A DNA stretch of 64,000 nt from an uncultured Planctomycetaceae bacterium (GTDB lineage: Bacteria; Planctomycetota; Planctomycetia; Planctomycetales; Planctomycetaceae). The position numbers and the translations under genes are program-made. Positions 55,511 through 64,000 of the stretch are shown here, in pieces. Each line of letters starts with the position of its first letter. Position 1 is the first letter of the stretch. The notes beneath the pieces are model-generated. The model was not told the origin of the DNA. It ran no database searches and was given only the letters and a program-made list of their open reading frames with translations. Location: contig CAWFGE010000008.1 in assembly GCA_963815195.1 (NCBI GenBank), forward strand, positions 480,001-544,000, written 5' to 3'.

Positions 55511-55629
55511 ATTGGCCTCCCAAGTCTCCTCATCTGATTCGCAGTCGGCGAAGCGTATTGTTATTTAACCCTTATTCCATCAAAAAGTTTCGATGTTCGG
55601 AAGACTTTTCGCGGGCCGGGCTCGTATTT

Positions 55630-58600
55630 TTAAGGACTCGTTTGCAGCCGGCGGCGCTGGGATCGGCGGCGGGCTCGCCAGGCGGCTTTGCGGAAATCGT
55701 CCTCCTCGTTTTCGTTCTTGCCGATGGAGGCGAGCAGGTCCTCGGCCGGTTCTTGTCCCAGCCGGGCCAGGGCTTCGATGGCTCCCAGCCGGGCCGCTTC
55801 CGGCAGGTTCGGGTTCTGGGCGATGGTTTTGAGGTGCTCCAAATCCTCGGCGGCGATCAGCACCGGCAGGGCCACGCCTTGATAGTGCACATTCTCGGCC
55901 GCCGAATGCACCGCGGGCGTGATGTCCACACCCTCGGCCAGCGCCAGGCGTTCCAGGCTCACGCGGTCGGACAGCAGTTTCCCGGAGACGGCGGCCGCGC
56001 GTTTGGCGTCCTGCTCGGCGAGCACCTGGGCCGCCGCGGCGCGGACTTCCGGATCGTGCCCGACCGCGGCGGATTCCAACACCTCCAGGATCGCCTTGTT
56101 CGCCTTTTGCCGGGCGAGGGCGCGGATCGCCTCCAGGCGGATGGGGCGGAAGTAGAAGTCGTCGGCATGGGCGGCCGCGGCCTTGATGAGTTCGTCCCCA
56201 GCGGCGCCCAACCGGCCGGCGGCCCACATCAGTCGGCACAGGCACGGCGTCAGGCTTTCCACCGGATGGTCGCCCCAATAAGGTTTCTGTTCCCGGCGGC
56301 GGTCATCCCATCTCTCCCGCCAAACGCGAATGGCGGCCGCGACTTTTTCGCCGTGCGATTTCGCCTCGGACCCGGCCCGACCCAGAACGTGGGCGGACAA
56401 ATCCACCACGCCTTCCTGCCGGCCGCCGATCGCCTCGGCCGCTTCGTCGACGGGCAGCGTTTCCCGTTTCAAGAGAGCCGACGCGAGCGGCTCCTGGTAA
56501 TCGCTTTTGACGTGCGGAAAAATCTCCATAATCCGGCTCGGCTCGCCCTCCGCGCACACGCGGTCGAGCAGGCGCTGTTGGGCGGCGTCAAAGATCCAAA
56601 ACTCCGCATTCTGCAGCACCGCGTAGTTCGGCTCCAGCGAATCCGGCCCGAACAGCCGCCTCGCCGCGTGCAATGCTTCGTCCAAGACGCCATCGTCCTC
56701 GCGAAGCAGCTTCAAGACCAGATCGCGTGTTGCCGGGTCGTCGTTTTCCGCGAGCAGTTTGACCGCCGTCTCTCGAAACATAAAGGAAGGGTCGTCTGCC
56801 TTCTGGCGGATCAACTTCCAGCCCGTGGGCGTATCGAACCACCTTAAACCCCGCAGGGCCGATTCCGCGAGACCGCCGGTCTTCTTCGCGAGACGCTCGA
56901 GGAGCTTGAAAATTTCCTCGGCCTTGTCGGATTGACCCAAATGCCCCAGGGCCTCGGCGGCTGTCTCCTGCGAGCGCATGCTCGTCTTCGCCCGCGAGCC
57001 TGAGGAGCACATCGAGGGCCCGCTCGTCCGCGAGTTCCCCCAACGCCAACACCGCCCGCTGCCGGAGCGTGACCTCTTCCATCAAATCCACCGCGGAGAG
57101 CAAAATGCTGAGGCCTTCCTTGCGGCCCGCTTTTGCGAGCGCCTCGGCCGCCAGGAACTTCGTGTGCGGATCGCGATGTTCGAGGGCCTTCAAAAGCGGT
57201 TCCGCAGAGCCGCCGCGGTGCTTCAATCGCCAGCCGAGGGCTTCCACGGCATCGCGGCGCAGGCTGTCGTCCGAATGCGCCGCGACCACGGCGAGCACGG
57301 GATCCACCTCCCGTCCCCGCGACCAGCGAGCCTGCTCCAACGAGAATTTCAGCGTGTTCGTCTCGCCGAGCTCCAAGAGTTTTTCCATGAGCCGCGCGAG
57401 CACATCATCGCGGCGGGGATGCTGTTTTTGCTCCCAAGCGGGATCGATGAGTTCCTCCCCTTCCGCAGGCTCTCGCAGCATCCAACCCCGCATGGCATCC
57501 CAGATCGTCAGATGCATGGTTTCCATGTTGGGCTGATCGTAGCCGGTGATGGTCCAGACGGCCTCGTGGCACGCGGTCCGCAGTTTGGATTGCTCCATCA
57601 TCTTGAGCAATCGGCCGGCGGTTTCCTCCTGCCGAAATCGCCCCGCGGCTTTGATGAGTTCCGCGGCCGGGGCTTCGCCCGCCGGGTCGTTTTCCACGCG
57701 GTCCAACAGAGCCTTCGGCGTGCGGGGATCGCCCAAGGTTTCGAACGCCCCCACAATCGCCGCCGTGGGCGTTTCCTGGAGAAGCTCCACAAGCGCCTCG
57801 AAAGCGGCGGCATCTTTCTTGCGGGCCAGTTCGATCGCGGCGGCTTTGCGGACCGGACGATACCGCGAATCCAACGCGGCCGCAAGTTGTTTCTGGGCCT
57901 TCGCCGATCGGGTCTTCGCGTCTTTGTCGGCGGGCTCGGGCTGGTAATCCGCGGAGAGCCAGTTCACGGCTTGCAGGCGGAGTTTGTCCCAAGCGGCTTC
58001 CAAGGCGCGGCCTGCGATCTCCACGGGGTCGTGCTTCTCGCGAAGAATCTGCGCCGCCTCGCGGGCCAGGTTGTCCGTGCGGCCGAGCATCACCTCTTCG
58101 AGCACCTTGCGGCCCGCGGCGGGCGTGGCGCCTTCGGTGATGAGATTCAGCCCCTTCACCCCCAAGTCGGTGTGGCCGGTTTCGATCGCCTCCGCGCCCA
58201 ACTCTTCGGCCGGCACTCCTAAAGCGCGGAGTTGATCGAACGCCTGAAACCGCACCGCCTGATTCGGATCGCCCAAAGCCTGCACCTGCACCGGGACCGC
58301 TGAGGCTCGGAACGACGTTTGTTCCTCGGCCAACGCTTGCAGCCGGCGAAGCGCGGTTTGCCGGATGCGAATGTTTTGAGCCTGCGAACCGCCCGCCTCG
58401 CGGACCAATCCGACATACGTGCCAAACGCGAGTTCGCTGAGCTCCGCCTGGGTGACGGCGATCTTCGGGAGCTTGTGCTTCTTGGAAACGCCCAGGGCCG
58501 TTTGCAGTTCCTCGGCGAAGCGTTTTTCAAAAACCGACCAGGCCAGGTCCCACGCGTGCTGTTTGTCTTCTTTGAACAGCGGCAACATCGGCACCGCGCG

Positions 58601-61600
58601 GGCCTGTAAAAATTGCGGCCCGAAGCACAACACGTCGGCCAGTATCGAAATCGTGTCTTCACCGATCGTCCACGCGGCTTCGTCGCCTTTGTCGTTAATG
58701 GTGTGGACGAGAAACTCGGCGAAGGCCTGGGGATCCGGAAAATGCTCCAAGGCCCGGGCTGCGATCAACCGCACGCGCGGATGCCGGGACGACAGGCCCG
58801 CCAAACACCCGCCGGGCGTGCCGGCGTGCTTCTTCCAATCGCCGGCGAGCAAAATCACCAGGGCGGACATCCGCAGGCTCTCATCGTCTGCATCCAAAAA
58901 GGACACGATGCGGTCTTTTCCCGCTTCGCCCAAGGTGACCGCGGCCGCGAGTTGGGCGATTTCCGAAAGCACCTTGGCCCCCTCTGGGGAAAACAGCAGC
59001 GACGCTCCCAACCCATCGCCGCAGTAGGCCAAACCCAAAGCGGCCTGGTATCGGACTTCGGCATCGGCGTGCTGCAATCGCGGCTTGAGGGCCCCCAGGA
59101 GCGCGGGTGACGCCATCCCCGCCAGCGCCTCCGCCGCGGCCTGGCGAACGGTGGAGTGACTGCTTTCCAGGTGCGGACCGACGGCATCGAACGCCGCGGG
59201 ATCGCCCAGTTCGCCGAGCGCCTTGAGCGCTTCCTGCACGACCAACACCCAGGCACGGATTTTTCTTTGTCTTTGTCGACGGGTTCGGGTTCGCTGACAA
59301 GATCCAACAACGGCTTGAGAGCCGCCTTGTCACCCATCCGAGCCCGCGCCCCGGCCGCCCGCAACCTGACATCGATGTAGGGGCTTTCCAACGCCTGAGA
59401 CAGCGCCTGTTCCGCATCCGCATGGACGAGGGCTTCGAGGGCTGCCTGCCGGACGTTCAAATCCGGATCGCTGAGCGCGGGCAACAACTCGGCCTGGGCT
59501 TTCTTGGTGCGTTTTTTCACCAGGTCCTTCACCCCCGCGAGGCGGATGTCGGGATATTGCGATTCCAAAGCCTCCGTCAGCGGCCCGAGGTCGCTGGCCT
59601 TGGCTTTCTTCACCGCGAAGTCGAAGGCTTCTTTTCGAAGGGTCGGATCGGGGTCGTTATACAGCTCGAAGACGAGTTCCTCGGCCCAGGCGGATTTGAT
59701 CTGGGCCATGACTTCCGTGAGCACTTCCCGCCGCACGTCCGCGTGGATGCTCTTCAAAATGAACCGCAGCGTCTCCCCGCCGCCGCCCGCGACTTTCTGA
59801 TTGAGGCAGGCTTTGAACGCCTCGCTCCGCACCGCGGGAAACGAATCGTTGAGCGCCCGCACCAACGGCTCGGCTGATGGATCGTCCTCGCTTCGGGGCG
59901 GATGCTTGCGGACGGCCGCGATCAACTCCTGCAAACCGCGCCGGCGGACATCTTCGTAAGCGGCGTTCAATCCCGCCTCGGCCGCTTCGAGCGGCTGTTT
60001 TTCATAAAGCTTCGCGAGCGCCGTGAACGCAGCGTCGCGGACTTCGCCCGCATCATCGTTCAAAAGCGTCCGCAAACGATCCGCGGCCCGCGGGTCATTC
60101 AAGTCGGCGAGTGCTCGGCATACCTCCACGCGGGCCTTGGGCTCTTTCTCCCGGCTGAGTTGCAAAAGCAGCCCGAACGCCCGCGGATCGCCCAAGAGCG
60201 CCAAACACCGCCCGCCGAGCAAGCACGTATCCAACACCCGGCTGGCCATCGCTTCCAACAGCGGCTCGTAATCGTCGGGCGAAAGATTCAGCTTCTTGAT
60301 CGTCGTCTTGGGCAACTCGGCGTCCTTGTCATCCGCCTTTGACTTCTTACCCTTGGCGGTTGTGGTGTCCTCCTCTTCCAGCGTAAAGGTTTCCAATTCG
60401 TAAAGCTGCCGGTGCAATTCCGGATCGCGGGCGCGGAGGGCTTCGACGAGCTTGTCCCGCGTGAACAGCGAGACCAAAAAAGCGGCCCGGCGGACGTCGG
60501 CGTTCTGATCTTCCCCGAGCCGCCGCAATGCCGATTGGACGCGCGGCAAATCGAGCAGCTTCCGCTGAAACAGCCGCACGAGCGCCAACCGCCTGAGGTC
60601 CGCGTGTTTGGTCTTCAGTCCGATCAACTCCGCCTCCGGCGAGGTTTTCGCATGGACGGCTTCCAGGCTCAAGAGCGCGGCCCGGCGGACTTCGCGCGTC
60701 GGCCGATTCAGGGCATTCTCCAGGCGGGACAGGGCCCGGTCGTCTTTTTTGGCGAGTTGTTCAAGGGCCGACACCGCTTCGCAGCCGATGTCCGGCTTGT
60801 CCGCGTCGAGCGCCAAATCGAGCGGACGCAGGTCGCCTGCCTCGCTGAGCTTCAAAAGCCCCGCAAGCGCGGTCCGGCGGACCGCTTCATCGTTGTGCTT
60901 GAGGTTGTCTTCCAGAATCTTGACCGCGCGGGGATGGCCGGATTCCGCGACCAGGGACGCGGCCAACTGCCGGACCGCGTGGTCGGCATCCTGGCCGATT
61001 TGCCGGGCCATGATCTCCATCGATTTGGTGTCGGCGTAGCCCGCGAGTTCCTTGAGCGCTGCTTCGCGGCGGGCGGTTTGCGGCTCTGCCAGTTCATGCT
61101 CCGCCCGGGCGTAGGCGTCGAACACTTTCGCCGACACATCGCCGATCTTCCCCGCGGCATCCAGGAGGAAAAACCGGAGCGTGTTGTCATCGCAAGCCGC
61201 GATAAGATGCGGCCGGGAATGAATGGAGACGATCCCGAGATCGACAACACTCCCGACGCCGTCTTTGGTGGTCGCGGGACGCGCGGCTCCCGCGCGGGTC
61301 CAGCTTTTGAGCGTGCGGTCGCCGCTCCCGGTGATGAAGCGCTCCCCGGGCGCGAGCACCATGCTCGTCACCGGCTCGGCGTGATTGTTGCCCCGGCCGC
61401 GGTCTTCGGGCTCCAATGTGCCCCGCGCGTGCGTCAATAACAGCTTTTGATCCGCCCCCGCGGAGAAGAAGCGGAGTTCCTCCGGTTCGAATAGAATCGC
61501 CCGCACCGCGGCTTCGTGGAGCTTGTCCGATTCACTCAACAGGAACCCGGGTTTGTCCTCGCACTCAAACACGAACACCAACCCCTTCGCCGTGCCTGCG

Positions 61601-62061
61601 ACGAGCCATTCGCCCGTGGGGTCGGCGGCGAGTTTGCTTCCGTTTTCGGGAAGCTCCAGCGTTTCGAGGATTTTTCCATCCTTGCGGGAGAGAATCGAAA
61701 TCACCGCGTCCGTCAGCACCGCGATGCGATCTTCCGATAGCAAGGCAAGCGAAGTGATCGCGGACGAAAACGCCTCGCCCACGGCGGCGGGTTTCTTGCC
61801 TTGGGGCGCAGTGCGGTAAAGCTGCCCCGCGCCGCCGCCGATCCATAACGTCGGTTGATTCTTGGCATCCGTTTCGATCGTCAAACATAACCCGCCCGCG
61901 GGCAGCGGTTGCTCGTCGAGCGCAAAATTCTCCACGTTCAACGTGTAAACGGCGGCGGGCTGTTGATCGGGATGCAGCGTCACGAAAAATGCGAAGGTCT
62001 CGTGCCCGGCCAAGGCTTTGATGTCGCCTCGGTACGTCAAATATTTTTCGCTCAGCGGCAT
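55630..62061 (-). CDS. Giant (~2,140 aa) N-terminal WD40-like beta-propeller plus HEAT-repeat protein (frameshifts near 59252 and 56972)
   Basis: Three consecutive ORFs join in register; FFSAGADQKL, FITGSGDRTLKSW, ACDDNTLRFF, then dozens of 'L.D....VR..A...L' repeats. Confidence 0.88.
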
Positions 62062-62286
62062 GGGGAACTCCGGACGAAGAACGGAACGAACGTCCGAACA
62101 CATCTCAACAAACCGGCTTTCCGCCCGCAAGTGTCTCGCGGCGTCTTTCCAAATCGCTTCTTGAATTCCCCAGAGGGCCGGGTACAATCGCTCGTTGGAA
62201 TTCTACACATTTTTACAGAATCCATTGCCCCCAACACTCGTTGCAGCGGCGATTTTCTCCCCCCATCCTCCTGTTGGAGATTCCTC

Positions 62287-62730
62287 ATGGGTTTGTTCGA
62301 CAATTTCTTCGGAACGCAAAAAGAGAGCCAGGAAATGGCGGTCCAAGAGGCCTTCGCGGGCATTCTCCTCGCCGCGGCGGCGGCGGACGGACACATCGCC
62401 GATGAAGAAGCCGAAGGCCTGTGGTCCACGCTTTCCCGGATGCGAATGTTCGAATCCTGGAGCGGGCAACAATTCAGCCACATGATGGACCGCCTCGTGA
62501 AAATCCTGAAACGCCACGACGTGGACGGACTCTTGGATCGCTGCGTCAACAGTCTCCCCAACAAGTTGCACGAAACCGCCTTCGCCAACGCCTGCGACAT
62601 CGTTCTCGCCGACGGCGTGGTCGAAGAGGACGAGGAAGAGTTTCTCGAAAAACTCCAGCGGCGGCTCGATGTCAGCGGCGACGAGGCCCTGACCATCGTG
62701 GAAGTCATGATCATCAAGAACAAAGGCTGA
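62287..62730 (+). CDS. TerB family (tellurite resistance) protein, copy 1
   Basis: AAAADGHIADEE ... AFANACDIVLADGVVEEDEEEFLEKL...KNKG; GGAG RBS. Confidence 0.9.
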   Translation: MGLFDNFFGTQKESQEMAVQEAFAGILLAAAAADGHIADEEAEGLWSTLSRMRMFESWSGQQFSHMMDRLVKILKRHDVDGLLDRCVNSLPNKLHETAFANACDIVLADGVVEEDEEEFLEKLQRRLDVSGDEALTIVEVMIIKNKG

Positions 62731-62813
62731 TCTCGAGCCGGCGGATGCCGCCCGGCGGTTTTCACCGTTGGTTGCGAGAGGAAATCGATGCGAACTCAGG
62801 ATTTTCAGTGAGC

Positions 62814-62902
62814 GGAGAAGATAGAAGATAGAGGATGGAGGATAGACCGCGTTGACGGCCGCTCGATTTTTGTCTCAACAATTCACATCATTTCACATCA
62901 TT
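62814..62902. repeat. Short tandem repeats between the TerB genes
   Basis: GAAGATA GAAGATA GAGGATG GAGGATA (7-mers) and TTCACATCAT twice. Confidence 0.65.
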
Positions 62903-62918
62903 CGCGAGGACTCGTGCT

Positions 62919-63362
62919 ATGGGGCTCTTTGAAAATGCCTTTGACGGAATGAGCGGGGACAAAACCCTTACCACGCAGGAAGCCTTCGCCGGCGTGCTGC
63001 TCGCGGCCAGCGCCTGCGACGGGCACATCTCGAACGAAGAAGCCCAGGGCTTGGGCATTATCGCGCTTCGCATGAAAATGTTCCAAGGTTACGACGGCTC
63101 GAAATTCAGCAAGATGATGGACAAGCTCCTGGGCGTGCTCAAACGCGACGGCGTGGAGACGCTCCTCGAACGGGCCGTCGATTCCCTTCCCGACGACCTG
63201 GGAGAAACCGCCTTCGCCGGGGCCTGCGATCTGACGCTCGCCGATCAAGGCATCGAAGAGGAAGAGAAAGAGTTCCTGCACGAGCTTCGCCTCAAGCTCG
63301 GCATCGACCGCGAACAGGCCCAGAAGATTTTCAAAGTCATGGCCGTCAAAAATCGCGGCTAA
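62919..63362 (+). CDS. TerB family protein, copy 2
   Basis: Same length (147 aa) and colinear with copy 1; ASACDGHISNEE, ADQGIEEEEKEFL, KNRG. Confidence 0.9.
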   Translation: MGLFENAFDGMSGDKTLTTQEAFAGVLLAASACDGHISNEEAQGLGIIALRMKMFQGYDGSKFSKMMDKLLGVLKRDGVETLLERAVDSLPDDLGETAFAGACDLTLADQGIEEEEKEFLHELRLKLGIDREQAQKIFKVMAVKNRG

Positions 63363-63378
63363 AGGGCCTAAGGGTTTG

Positions 63379-63861
63379 ATGCTCGAAAAGATCGTCTCCG
63401 GCGGGCAGACCGGCGTGGACCGGGCGGCTCTCGATGCCGCCCTCGAATGCGGGTTTCCCTTGGGCGGCTGGTGCCCCAAAGACCGCCGGGCGGAAGACGG
63501 CCGGATCGCGAATCGCTATCCCCTCGCCGAAACTCCCAAACGCCGCTACCAAGAGCGCACCCGGTGGAACGTCCGCGACTCCGACGGCACGCTGATTCTC
63601 GCCGCGGGCGACCTCACCGGCGGCACGCTGCTCACCGCCCGGCTCGCGGAGCAATTCCAGAAGCCGTTGTTTCATGTCGATCTTTCCGAGCCGATTCCTG
63701 TGGAGGACCTCCTGGCTCAACTCGCCGCCAAGCAGATTCGCGTGCTCAACATCGCGGGTCCCCGGGAAAGCACCGAACCGGGAGTTTACGCGCGGTCGTT
63801 CGATTTTGTCGCAAGACTGATCCGCGCGGCGAAAGCGAAAACCGCCAAGGCCGGCGGCTAG
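63379..63861 (+). CDS. YpsA-like SLOG family protein ('putative molybdenum carrier')
   Basis: KIVSGGQTGVDRAALD, GGWCPK.RRAEDG, RTRWNVRDSDGTL, LNIAGPRES. Confidence 0.9.
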   Translation: MLEKIVSGGQTGVDRAALDAALECGFPLGGWCPKDRRAEDGRIANRYPLAETPKRRYQERTRWNVRDSDGTLILAAGDLTGGTLLTARLAEQFQKPLFHVDLSEPIPVEDLLAQLAAKQIRVLNIAGPRESTEPGVYARSFDFVARLIRAAKAKTAKAGG

Positions 63862-63875
63862 CGCCGTACCGCTCA
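63851..63875. repeat. Single arm of the 33977-34109 element
   Basis: CCGGCGGCTAGCGCCGTACCGCTCA, 1 mismatch to 34085-34109. Confidence 0.85.
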
Positions 63876-63879
63876 CAGT

Positions 63880-64000
63880 TCACTCGGCCAGGTTGCGGAC
63901 GAAGCGGTTGTGCTCATCGACCAGAATCACTTTGGGCGAAATGGGCTTGTTGGAAAGCTCGAACCCCATAATCAAAATCTCTTCGCCCGCGCGGATCAAA
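63880..64000 (-). CDS. panD: 3' end of aspartate 1-decarboxylase (partial, runs off window end)
   Basis: Own translation LIRAGEEILIMGFELSNKPISPKVILVDEHNRFVRNLAE*; matches the PanD C-terminal pattern. Confidence 0.8.
   Translation of the reverse strand, partial: LIRAGEEILIMGFELSNKPISPKVILVDEHNRFVRNLAE

Noticed and set aside
9600..59255. Programmed ribosomal frameshifting as the cause of split genes
   Set aside because: No shared slippery motif; affected families are not known for recoding; sequencing error is simpler

Overview
GC-rich bacterial chromosomal window, very probably from a Planctomycetota (Planctomycetaceae-like) genome. The basis is DUF1559, DUF1552/DUF1592 and squalene-cyclase-like repeat proteins, an ECF sigma/anti-sigma pair, a Ser/Thr kinase and a stand-alone H4MPT formyltransferase. 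It holds about 55 genes, mostly housekeeping or lineage-typical: eno, csrA, HU, prc, proA, fliM, infC-rpmI-rplT-pheS, pgi, fhcD, comEC, partial panD and tRNA-Glu(TTC). At least 11 genes carry 1-bp frameshifts, most simply explained as uncorrected long-read errors. The intergenic spaces hold many different REP-like palindromes and heptamer repeats, but no transposase, integrase, phage gene or CRISPR array is visible. I cannot prove a new system from sequence alone. The best leads are: (i) a ~2,140-aa beta-propeller/HEAT giant divergent from two tandem TerB paralogues and a SLOG protein; (ii) an FtsB/DivIC-like gene in the ancestral eno-ftsB position, plus a SpoIID-family gene, in a lineage that lacks FtsZ; (iii) a DAACS transporter with a ~120-aa duplicated extracytoplasmic insert; (iv) a gene-fusion scar followed by a tandem-domain orphan exported protein; (v) a Cys/Pro tetrapeptide-repeat exported protein. 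All family calls come from motif recognition by eye, not database searches.
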